DNA of 64,000 bases from Takakia lepidozioides (lineage: Eukaryota; Plantae; Bryophyta): NCBI GenBank assembly GCA_030704615.1, contig CM060734.1:42904001-42968000 (forward strand). Reading direction: 5' to 3'. Positions 24,870 through 36,147 of the stretch are shown here, piece by piece; the stretch's first letter is position 1, and each line of letters opens with the position of its first letter. The notes below the pieces were generated by a model. It was not told where the DNA came from, made no database searches, and saw only the letters and a program-made list of their open reading frames with translations. Made by a program: the position numbers and the translations under genes.

Positions 24870-27800
24870 ATGAAGAGAGTGAGAGGAATGGAGGAAATCA
24901 GGGTAGAAGAGCACCACAATCCTGCAGAAACAAACGATTGCTACTCCACAGGCGGTACAGTTACTGAAGGAGCTACGATTGCAAGGATTGCAAAACAAAG
25001 ATTGGACATTGCACCATAGACAGTACATGTTACAATTCTTGCAGAACTTTGAGCCTAAGACAGGAGCAACAACGGTGAAGGGAGTTGAATTAGAAATTAC
25101 TCCCCTATACCTACAGCAATTGTTTCAATTGCCAGCAGGTCAGGTGCATGTGGAGGAGCACAGGGCAAGACTGCAAATAGGGAACTTATTCCAAGAAGGG
25201 AGTTTCTTTAAAACTCAGGGTTATGCTTGTACCAAGGCCGTGTACCCAGGGCTAAAGGAGGTAGGCCAGGTATTGAACGTTCTGTTTGCCATGAAACAGA
25301 ACCAACAGTATTTGAGCAGATCCTTCACAGAGGAAATACTCAAAGCCCTGAGAGGAGAAGAGGTAGAATGGGCGGACATAATAAACAACGCACTGGTAGA
25401 GGAGATGAAAAGATTACAGGGTACTGCCGCAAAGTCTCCTATCATAGTGTCTGGCCCAATCATTGCTCAAATAATTCTTGATTCTGGCATACTTGATGCT
25501 CGAGAAAGAAAGGAGATGGGAGTGTTTGAGCCAGAAACCACTGCAATGGAAGAGCAAGGCTCTTCACACAGTGAGGGTGGACTGGCAGGGCAACCCGAGA
25601 ATAAGAGACAGAGGCGGGGAAAGACTGTAGTGGCGGATCCACTGGCTTCACGGAATCCGAATGATAATGTTTCCCAAGTTTTTGTGCAGGAAGGGGCACA
25701 GTAGCACAGAGAACTGCTATTATTGGAAGCAGGACCTTCAGAGAGGGAAGAGGAAGTTACTTCAGTATCACAGCCATCACAGCCAGATGATCGGCTTGTC
25801 ACAAGGTCCCACAAGTTGTCCATGCAGTTCAACCAGAAATAATTGATTTAGAAAAAGAAGGGTTAGATATTCCCACTACAGAACAGGTGGTGGCAGAAAT
25901 TGAGAAGGGGGACCTTCTCTATGAATATTCTGATATGGTCAAGGACACAGTGATTCTGGAGTTGCAACGGTTGTCCAGGGGAAACCCTGCGGTGCATATA
26001 ATAAACACACCTGTAACAAAGGTACCACAGGTAGAATGTCAAGACACTGCAGCACCGGTGACGGATGAAGTGGTTCAGGAAGAAAATCTGGTGGGGCAAT
26101 GGCCTGAGTGGTTCGTAAGGCATCACACTATTGAGGATCAGGGAGAAAAACAACAAGCTCACAAAGATGACCCTCAACAGGCTATGCTTATGAGTTCCAT
26201 AAGCAGGACACTTAATTTGTTGGGTACTTATGTCAAATCCCATGTTCCCACTACTCAATTGGCAGCTTTGAGGGAGGAACTCAGGAAAGAGTTTGACGCT
26301 CGACTTGCCACAGAGTGTGCAAACAAGGTCGATGAAGAGGTCACTCTCAAGATGCAGCAAGACTTGGAGAGTACAGAAGCGGCTTTGCAATTGGCCAAGG
26401 AACAATTGATTGAGGCAGGCCTCGCGCAAGACCACTTGCACGAAGCACATAAGCAACAGCTATACCAAATGCAGGTGAAGCATGAAATCAAGTTGCAAGA
26501 AGTGAATGCACTACATATGGAGTTGCAGACAGTGCATGACAGGATGGCCATACAATGTGCTACACTCACAACTATGCTTGACCAATCTACAAAAGAAATA
26601 AACAGTCAAGCGGAAAACCACCAGTATATCAACAAGATGAACAGCCACCAGTATCCTGCGAGTAGTATCTTCCTACTGGTAGTCTCTTCTCCAAAATGAC
26701 CTCCAGCCACTCCTTTATGAACTTCCGCCAAAACTTTATTTACTTCATGGTGGTACAAGCATCGTTTTAGTACTCCATCAGGTCCTAGCTTATACATTCT
26801 GCTTCCTACCATAGTATAAGGTAAAGCTTTGATAGCGATTCTCTTCCTCTGCTCCTTACCATAACTAGGTGGGCACTGACAGGAGCAAGGTAGTATCTGA
26901 TTGGCCACTGCCAATCTAACCAGTCATCTGCACTTCCCTGCACCTCCACTGCAAAGAGACTCGCATCTGGTAATTGATCATCTATTCCTGTGGCTGGTTC
27001 TCCTGTTGACAATCGTGACAAATGATCCGCCACAAGATGCAGTCTCCCAGGCTTGTAAACAACCTCGAACTCAAACTCAACAACTTGGTGGATAACCACC
27101 TTATGCAGGTCTGGTTAACACAAGGGCCAGTGGAGGGCAAAGCGAGATGAATGAGCTCAGGCTGCAAGTGCAAAACATTGCCACAACTACTATAGACAAT
27201 GTCTATAGTAGGATAGCGGAGCTACAGGAGGATGTAGACGGCCTGCAGACTCAAGTGGAGGACCTCACTTCAAATATCGACAAGAGAGTCTGTATACCTG
27301 AGAAACAGCTAATGGCTTCTTATTTACAAGCCAGAACTTTGGCATTTCAGTCTTCTTCACAGGAGGTGCAGGAGATGCCAATGGTACAAGAGCCAGTGCC
27401 ACCAACACCACAACAAGTCACTGTGCCAGTAGCTGACCCAGTTGTTACTACAGCCACACCACAACCACCACAGCCTGAGGTATGGGGGAATGCTGCTTTT
27501 AACCCACCTAAAACTCCAGCTGCACGGGAGTACAGTAGGGCTATGATTATGCCCTTCAATCAAATTCCCATTGTGTTGGATTTGGCTTGGAAAGAATTTA
27601 GTCCTCCGCAGTCATTGGCACATTACTATCAAATCATGCGCATTTGGCTGCCAGTGGCAACTAGAACTAAGGTTCTTCCAAACAATCGACCCATTGAGGA
27701 TCATCACTTTGCGCAGTACTGGCATGAGGCAAGTACCATGTTGAAGGAATTAATTGCCTTCCAAGTTGTACATGGATTCATTTATACCAAGACAAAGGAG

Positions 27801-28541
27801 GTAGCAAGTATTGTCATGGGCTGCGCGTTATACTACGCTGCTTGTTTTCTGGTACGTTATCACATTGAGCAGCAAAAGATGCAATCGCGCTTTCTGAGTT
27901 ATTCCAGTGGGGATCATTGGGTCTTACCTTCAGTACCACCTCATATGTACCTATATGAGGCAAAAGTTATGATGCAAAAGGATTCTCAAATTCGTTCATG
28001 GTTTCATGCGGCCTGGAACAATTTGTCAACACAAAAATTCGGCCCTGACGATATTTTCTTTAAGGGACATCAGGCATGGAAATACTTGCACAATTCACAA
28101 GTCATTGGTACCCCACTCACCTGGACAGACAAGGAGCTCAGGGTCTTCACCAATTTTGCCATTCAGCGTTTACAGCAAGTTTTAAAGTTTAAACTTCCAG
28201 ACATGGTAGGACAACATTGTATGCCTCAGAGGATTCCACAAAAAGTTCGGCAGTTAAAACACCTGAGAGGCGATGAGGATTCTGATACAACTTGTTCTTC
28301 AGCGGACTCTTTTGACATGGGAGAAGACTATGCAATACAGATGGCAGAAAAGAAGCGACGGGGGTCTCCTATGCCTGAAAGATTACCTCAATATCAGCCT
28401 CCAGAGGGCCTCACATATCCAGGTAGTGTTCAATCATCTCCGTCAACCAGTGACAGACCTCGGGCTCGCACACAGAGTCCTTCACAAGACTCTCAACGTC
28501 AGAAAGGTGCTCACTCACAAAGGTTTACTAATCCCAAATAG
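24870..28541 (+). pseudogene. Large 3' extra ORF of the Ty3 element (Athila/Transposase_32-like N-terminus, coiled coil, unknown C-terminal domain)
   Basis: ORF pieces 24979-25704, 25887-26699 and 27147-28541. MLQFLQNF...TVKGVELEITPLYLQQLFQLP resembles plant retrotransposon accessory ORFs. Homologous piece at 61708-63480. Confidence 0.7.
26640..27102 (-). other. Inverted copy of the RNase H-integrase linker inside the extra ORF
   Basis: Minus strand reads EFEFEVVYKPGRLHLVADHLSRL...GVLKRCL..VLAEVHKGVAGGHFG, homologous to 22340-22775 (+). Confidence 0.9.
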
Positions 28542-28566
28542 TAAACCGTGAGGACACGGCTTTTTT

Positions 28567-28580
28567 GAGAGGGGAAGGGG
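28567..28580 (+). promoter_or_regulatory. Polypurine tract
   Basis: GAGAGGGGAAGGGG, 3 nt before the 3' LTR. Confidence 0.9.
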
Positions 28581-28583
28581 TAA

Positions 28584-29586
28584 TGTTAGAGGACTGCCAG
28601 GGACTTAGACACTTTTACGGGATCTGAGGGGTACCCTTAATTTTGCACAGACTGAGACCAACAGGAGCCTTAGGGGTGACAGCAGCGCACTTTAGGCGGG
28701 GGTTACACAGCTCGTCACAGTCCGACACAGCCTGTCACAGCCAACACAGTCCGACACAGCCGACACAGCCGACACAGCCAGTCACAGTCCGTCAGAGCCC
28801 GACACAGCCCAACACAGTCGCACAGCCAGTCACAGCTCATCACAGCCACATAGCCAATCACAGCTTGACACAGTTGTCACGACCATAGGGAACGGATAGC
28901 AAGACAGGGAATGACTGTGGGGAACAACATCTGCGAATGGAACATGATTAGTTCACGGATGACGGTTAGTGAGGACAACGGTTAGAACAACGGGTAGGAA
29001 GATAAAGCCAGGAGCAAGGACTGGAAGAAGAGGAGATTCTTGGATCACTTCTTGGGGAAACACGGCGGAAAGGAGTGGAGAGATTCTTGGATCACTTCTT
29101 GGGGGAAACTTTGGACATCACTGGGGAAAATGAGGCAGAGAGCGTATCTCTGAGCAGAAAGAGGGAGAGCACGGAGTAGAAGGAGGATGATCTGTGATGC
29201 TTAATGAATGCAAGCAGCAGAATTGTAGTGTAGAGCAGATTAGAAACTCTTTGGCTTCAGCCTGATACTTGATAGATATTAATCTGATACACATTTCATA
29301 CTCACACTATGTAGAGAGATCTGAGTGAAGCTGTGGAATGAATGGATGAGTTGATGGAAATATGATAGATTGCTGAAGCAAACTGATACTTAATTACCAA
29401 CAGTAAGGTAACTAGCTAACATGAATGCGGGAAGGAAAACAAATAGGAAACACCCCCATGATACACTAGCTGTAGGTCATGACTGATTGTTCTGGGCGGG
29501 CTGAGTGCTTAGAGATTTCCAACTCTTCTATCTTGGAGTTTCCGCCTCGGATAGCGAAGGGATGGGTGAGTAAAAGCCGCGCGACA
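28584..29586 (+). repeat. 3' LTR (1003 bp)
   Basis: Near-identical to 16124-17095, with about a dozen substitutions and a different CACAGC copy number. Confidence 0.97.
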
Positions 29587-31194
29587 TGCCTCTACAACAA
29601 CATGCTTGTCTTTGTCTTTCACATGATGTTTCTGAATGTATCCCATCCATACCAGCAATCGGTGGTTGCCATCCCAGACGTAGAACACGTGGTTGCAGAA
29701 TTGCTGGGTGTTTCTTCCTATCATGAGGCCCAACTCGAACTCCTCATTAACATCCTTCTAGCACTTATCCCAGGTATCTGTGATCTCAGGAGACACTAAT
29801 GTGCTTTTCCCATTTGTATCCGTCAGTGACACATAAAAAACTTGTGTACCAAGTTTGTATCCATGCACGAAATCAGTTTCCAATTTTGTAATGTCATGGG
29901 AAAGATGAGGACGTCTGTCTCGTCTCAAATAACAGTGAATGGCGGCACCAACATTCACAACCATCTACACAAGCAAAGCTGATCCAGACGAATGCAAACC
30001 AAAACAATATGACTACATAGTGATGGTCGGTACCAACAATCACTATGTTTCTGGGCAAACAGGTACAGAGAGGTTCTGAGCATTAGCGAACGGCGTTAAC
30101 GACAATCAAAAGACATTGCATTTGAAGGACCTATTGGATCGGTTTGGCGCAATGAAATATATGTCTTAGTGATTGGCGGCACCGACACTCACTCTAGTTT
30201 AGGGCAAAAAGTGAGTGCAGATAAGTCAGAGAGACTCCATTGTGATGATCGTCACAAACAATTACTGTTTCTTGTCTGTCTCGAACGAACTTTGCAATCG
30301 ATACTCAACATGAATCTACAGTATGGTCTCAAAAAAAATGATTGGCGGTACCGCCATTCCACTTCCCTAATCTGTTCAACCTGAGACAGAGAAAATGCAA
30401 TGCAAGACTATATGACTGAATATGCCGACCATCACTCTCTTCCCACGCATACAGGTACAGAAAGCTCATGAGGAGAATCGAATGGCGTTAACGAAACTCG
30501 CACTACACTAGAATGGAATGCATTGCATTTGATGTAAGTCAATACTGGATCATAGTTACTTTTGGCACCGACACTCACTTTCTGTTGTATCAGAATGAGA
30601 GTTTTGAAAAGAAAGAGAATGACGTTGCCGACAATCGCAGGTTCCTGCTACAGATGAAAGAAAAGGAGTGCTTGAAAGGCAATCAGACTGACTCTATGAT
30701 CTGAAGAACAGTGAATGGCGGTACCGCCAGTCACAAACTACTGGTGTGGAAAACCATAAACAGAGGAGTACAAAGCAAATCAACATGGCTTCATAGTGAT
30801 GGTCGGTACCGACCATCACTTTCTAGGACATTGCGCTCTCTCTCTTCGTAGATCTGTATACAGGAAATGGAAGGTAGAGAACACTTACTGGCGCCTTCTT
30901 AGGTTTTGAATTTGGATCCCCTTCTGCAGCGTTCCTCTTCCCTATCACATCTGCTGGAATTTCTGTCTGCTCTAGGGTTTGCAGACCTTCTCCCGGTTCA
31001 GCGTTCCCCGGACTTCCACCTCCTTCTGTTTCCCTGCAAATCAGCTCTGCTTCCACAGTCTGGTTTCCAACACTCACTGTTCTCTCTGACTGTGTGACAG
31101 CTGCAGCCTCATTCTCGGTCTGCTCTTGTGTTGCAGTCTCCGCGTTCACCTGCTGCCTTGGCCCTGTGTTCTCCATCAAACGACGCCTCGTCAT
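29587..31194 (-). pseudogene. 5' part of the ParB-like/MTase gene: low-complexity first exon and ParB/Srx-like exon
   Basis: ATG at 31194, donor CCA|GTAAGT near 30888. Exon ~29960-29587 reads ITKLETDFVHGY..VFYVS...HVFYVWDGNHRLLVW...HVVVEA (DGNHR 29659-29673; one TGG->TAG stop). It continues in frame across the TSD into MVLDPGNDIARLLTAMHNVN below 16119. Confidence 0.8.
29935..30820. repeat. Dispersed intronic palindromes GTGA(N)4-CGGYACCG-(N)4TCAC
   Basis: Copies near 29935, 30020, 30169, 30339, 30560 and 30711, plus a perfect 26-bp AGTGATGGTCGGTACCGACCATCACT at 30795-30820. Confidence 0.85.
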
Positions 31195-32148
31195 TTACTC
31201 TCTTGCTCTGAGTCTCTCTCTAAGGGAAGTAAAATAAAGTGACTTCCTTCTCTTTCGTATCGTAGAAGGAACCCTCTCCAGCTTGACTACCTCTCTCCCT
31301 CTAAGTGCAGAAACTAGAAAGACAAAGTGATTCTCGATTTCTTGCGGAGTTGCGTGCGTTGGCTAGAAGCATCGGATTCCCTCTCGCGTGTCCATTACAC
31401 AAATGTCGTTCCCTTATTAGTGCACCTGCTAGCCATTAGTGGACAACTGTTTGTCTACAATGTAGTTATCGATGTCTGACGTGTATCGCCCAAAATGAAC
31501 GGCGTGTCGTTTATTTGAACGGTTTCAATAATTAAAAATAATAGCGACAAATATTATAGATGAATGCCACATTGCATATAAACAATTAGCTAGTCTGACT
31601 GCTCAGCCTCAGACAATGCCTATGCCATCAAAACCTTGGCACCGTGGAATAAAAAATATGGGGCCATCTGGCGCACAATCTCAGACAAATAAATGTAAAT
31701 GAACGAGTGTTTGATGACAAATTTTTGGATATCATACACATTCATCTTTGTAAGCCAACCCCACGTTCGTTTCACAGTTTGGACTTTCCAGGTGCGCATG
31801 ATCATTGGTACTAGTATAAAGATGCATTTATTTCATCTGCTATCCCACCCTTAGATCCTTTGGCACACTTCCGAGAAGTCGGCTGGTTATTATGTTTATT
31901 GATGAGGTTCTGAATAAAGGTTTAACAGCTACCGAAATTGCTCCTAGGGATACTCTGTCTACAGGGCCCAATGTAATTAAAATGGACGGCTGTATGTCTG
32001 GAAGGAATAACAGAATATGCACAATCATCGTGTGAGCTTTCTCCGCGATATTCTCTGCTCATTCTTCAACAGTGTTCTTGAGACCTCAGTCAACAGATTT
32101 CATAGAAGAGCTGCGATTGCAAGGCATCTTTGTATGAGAGGAGGGAAG

Positions 32149-34810
32149 ATGGCTTCCTCTGAAGCAGAGTTCTTCTCTGACGACAAACCAGTGCCATTCT
32201 CCAAAGAAGCCCTTGACAATGGATTCGCAATTGTTTTGGAACATGTCTTGGCTACCCGGTTCGAGCTTCAAAATGGCTCCATCTTTTTGGAGAAAGAGGT
32301 GTACGATTTGGAAGGGAAGTTGTTGAAATATTCTTTCCAAAACCGTGATGAGACAGCTCATGTCAGCCAGTGGAGAGTGCGCCCTGGTCGATACAGAGTA
32401 CTTGGAGAGCCTCGGCGAAAGTCCCTTGGATCATATGTGATGCCCGGGACTGCTGCTTCAGTCGTTGAAGACAAGAGGGAGGTGGTGGTGAAAAAAGAAC
32501 AGACGTCCTCCACTCCAATCGTTGAGCTTTCGAATTCGTCCGATGATGACATAAGTGAAATTCCAAATCCAGTCCTTTCTACTGTAGTTGGAGAAGCGGA
32601 TGAAGAAGAGATTTGTAGTATCATTCCAAAACTACGGGCGATGGGAGGAATGGCAGGTTTCAAAAGTGAGTTGCGAGGAATTGATTGGGAATCTTTGAAG
32701 CAGGAGCCTGTGAAGTTCTTGCCAGAGACATTTGATGGCGATATCCTATTCGAGTTGCCTCCTCCTCCGCAAGTTGGAGGTGTTACAATCATGATGCATA
32801 GAATGGACAAAAAACACGACGGGCACCCGTGGTGCAAAACAAAAACATCCAATATTCAAAATGATGACAAGCTTGTTTTCATGAGAACAGTTTGCAATGG
32901 ACACCTTAGGTGTGATAATTTGAATTGCAGACACTTTCTTCAGTTTGGGGTTCATAATCAAAGCGAGTGGGAGGGTCAGGCGGAAAATCAATTTTAAGCC
33001 TGGGACTGCCCCTCCACCGGCAAACACTTTCGTTTGCAAGTTCTGCAAACTTGTGCCATCCTGCCTGGCGCTGTGCGGAGCAAGAATGTACTATGTTGTC
33101 CACCGTTTGAAAACAATGACAAGAGCTTGTATGCATTTCGGTTTCCATAACCATCCTGTCTCGAAGGGGGATTACAGGGAGAGTGTTGAGACAGTATCGA
33201 GGTTGATTAAACAGGAGTACGAGAGAAACCCATCCGCAACAACATCTGCAATTGCTCTTGGCGCAAGCAAGTCCTTCTTGGAAAGCCATATTTTGAGTGA
33301 AGGGGATTCTAAACTTGACGGTGCAGCATTAGACCTGGTCATGGATCATTTCTTCACTTTGAGTTCACCTAACATTCGGCATCAGATCAATGCATTGAGA
33401 ATGGGCTCTGGGATCAGAGGCTACATAGACAACATTTTGGAATTGAAACGACTGAGCAAGTACGACTACATCCAGGACAATGTTATCCCAGGTCAAGGTG
33501 CCATCAAAGTTTTTCTTTTCAAAATGTCGACTGTTGGGGATGGCAGTGGGTTTAGCCTCGTGAAGCGGATGTAGAAGACTGGGGACTTGCATAATTGTTT
33601 TCTTATGTTTGATCATGTGAAACGAGTGAAAGATTGGACGACAATGGCTTGTCATGTCTACGATCCAATGTACCAACGAGTTATGACAATTGCAGTTTGT
33701 GACATGCAATCCGAGGATACGGAATCCCAGAAACTCATGTGGAATTCCTTGATACGTGTTATGGGCTACCATGGGGTGCCATCTCCAAATTTTGCATGTT
33801 TCATGGCGGATAGTGCTCAGGCGAATTTCAATGCTGTTTGAATTGTCTTCGGATCGGGCGACCCAAAAGTATCAATGCCGGGAAGAGAGCGTACATGTCA
33901 ATCCATTGGACACAATCTCTGGAGAAACATACAAAGTCGGACATCAAACCCGAGATGCAGACTCAGCACTGTAAATTGTGCAAAGAGTACAAAGATGCTA
34001 GAACAATGAAGGAGGCGGACACTTTGTTCCAGACAATTCGTGCCCGGTGGTTCTCTTCTGGAGCTGCATCGTTTCAGAGTATGAGAGCATTGGAAGATTG
34101 GCTAGCGTTTTGGCACTTCCGGTACAAACAGTGGGGAGCAGCCGTGACAATGGTACGAGGCTTCTATTTCTTGCTTTATTCATACATTTACTTTCCATAT
34201 TTTTAACTCATTGCTTTCTTTATGTTGTTTTCTGTGCACTGTTCTGAAGTGTGGTTCTCCACTTTGCAGAACATGTCCATTGAGGAAATGGCGGACATGC
34301 CATCTTGCAATTTGGCAGAGACTGTGCACAATGCATGGTTGCAACAGTCTGGGAAACGAGGTCGGGATTTGTATGTGGCAACAACAGATGATTTGATATG
34401 TGCCTTGCAACAACAAACCCGATACCGTGATTTCTTGCGAGGTGGGGTTGGTGGCAAGGGTCCGGACAAATTGAAGTTGATGTTGCGTGCTGCAAACAGA
34501 TTTGGGGATCCAAGCAAGATAGCATGGGCGGTGAGCATGTATGCCCAGGGAACGCCACTTGTTTCTAGAGTTCCACATCTTGAAAGGGAAGAGAGATCCA
34601 GCTCGTGTAAGAGGAAATTGAACACTCCACCTGGTTCGGATTCCGATTTGCACAGGGCAAACCGTGACAACTTCTCGAAGCCTCGTGTTCCCCTGCATAA
34701 CAGATCCATGTCCGGAACTTCCATTCTGGAGGAACCTCCAACACGATGGCAGGCTCTAGCATCAAACAGTGCCCACTGAAATGGTGCAGGAAAGAAACAA
34801 CCCCCTTGAT
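32149..34810 (+). pseudogene. Mutator-like (MULE) DDE transposase with GCM-type DNA-binding domain, 3'-truncated
   Basis: GCM-like region HPWCKTKTSN..CNGHLRCDNLNC...CKFC..C..CGARMYY...FGFHNHP. Catalytic MFDH, FMADSAQANFNAV, ERTC..HW and CNLAETVHN. Phase-0 intron 34153-34269. Frameshifts near 32995 and 33875-33900; stops at 33572 and 33839. Confidence 0.85.
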
Positions 34811-34811
34811 G

Positions 34812-36113
34812 TGCAGAGATAGTCTCTTGAGAGAATGCCATGATAGCCCGCTTGCGGGCCACGGCGGAGCCAAGCGCACTGCGGCACTCTTGAAGAAAGA
34901 GTATTTCTGGCCCAAACTGAGGGAGGAGGCAGAGGAGTATGTCAAGACATGCACCACATGCCAACAAAGCCGGAGCGAGTACAAAAAGCAAGCGGGGCTG
35001 TTACAACCCTTGCCGATTCCAGAGGGGACTTGGGAAAGCGTCTCGATGGATTTCATGACTGCTATGCCGCTGTCAAAAGGATTCGATGCAATCATGGTGG
35101 TGGTAGATAGGTTCAATAAAATGGGCCATTTCATCCCCACCAAGGAGACGGCAACGGCGCAGGAGACAGGGCGACTTTACTTCGCCCACGTCTTAAAGCA
35201 TCATGGAGTCCCGAAGGATATTGTCTCGGACCGCGATCCAAAGTTTATGAGTAAATTCAAGAGACCACTTTGGAAGAAGATGGGGACGAGGCTGAAGATG
35301 AGCACCGCCTTCCGACCTACGACCGACGGCCAAACAGAAAGGGTGAATTCCGTAGTGAAGCAGATCTTGCAGAATTACGTGTCGGCAGACCAAACAGACT
35401 GGGTGGAACACTTAGACGCGGCAGAGTTCTGTTATAATAACACAGAACACTCCGCAACGGGAGTTTCCCCTTTCGTATTGGTCTATGGAAAAGCACCTCT
35501 GGTGCCGACAAGTTGGGCCGCCCAGGACGTCGAAGAATCGGCAGTAGCGGCGGTGCTGGAAGAACGCGAGCGTTTGTTGAAGCTCGCAAAGTACAACATT
35601 GCCAAAGCTAGGAAACGGTATGAAAGGCAGGCGAATCGGAAGCGGAGGGAAGTGAAGTTTGAGGCAGGCACAGAGGTCTGGTTGAACATCAAGAATTTCC
35701 GACTACCTCCGGAAGTGAGTCCGAAGTTCGTACCTCTGTATGCGGGACCCTTTCGCATTCGGAAGGTTATGAATGAGGATGTGTATGAATTGGAGCTGCC
35801 GGCAAACAACAAGGTGCACCCAGTATTCCATGTCTCCCTTTTGAAGCCTTACTTCAAAGATGAAGCGCGTCCGAATCGGCATCAAGTGTTGCGTCCGCCA
35901 CCTATGCTGTTGGATCATGAAAATGAACCTGAGTACGAGGTGGAGGCAATACTTAAGTCGAGGAGGTTCAGGAACCGAGAAACGGAGTATCTCGTCAAAT
36001 GGAAGGGCTATCATCATGTGGAGGCATCTTGGGTGCGTGCCTCAGAAATGGGAAACGCATCCGAGGCGGTTGCAGCTTTCGAAGGGCGACCTCAAAAGCG
36101 GAAGAAACGTTGA
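34812..36113 (+). pseudogene. Chromovirus (Ty3/gypsy) integrase plus chromodomain, 5'-truncated
   Basis: HHCC (CHDSPLAGH...CTTCQ), SMDFM, VSDRD, GQTERVN, YAGPF, VHPVFHVSLLKP and chromodomain YEVEAIL...YLVKWKGY..EASW. Confidence 0.95.
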
Positions 36114-36147
36114 TGGGGACATCAACCTTGGAGCGTGGGGGAGGAAA

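Larger units (their letters stand above)
16124..29586 (+). mobile_element. Full-length Ty3/gypsy LTR retrotransposon (non-chromovirus) with extra ORFs
   Basis: Two near-identical TG...CA LTRs, 5-bp TSD TGCCT (16119-16123, 29587-29591), PBS, PPT and the order gag-PR-RT-RH-INT. No chromodomain. Confidence 0.97.

Noticed and set aside
12134-31194. Bacterial or phage contamination as the source of the ParB-MTase
   Set aside because: The gene has GT-AG introns, a plant retrotransposon insertion with TSD and plant flanking DNA.
34746-36113. Functional MULE-integrase fusion protein
   Set aside because: The MULE frame has upstream stops and ends at 34779, and the integrase is in a different frame. 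This is a deletion junction.
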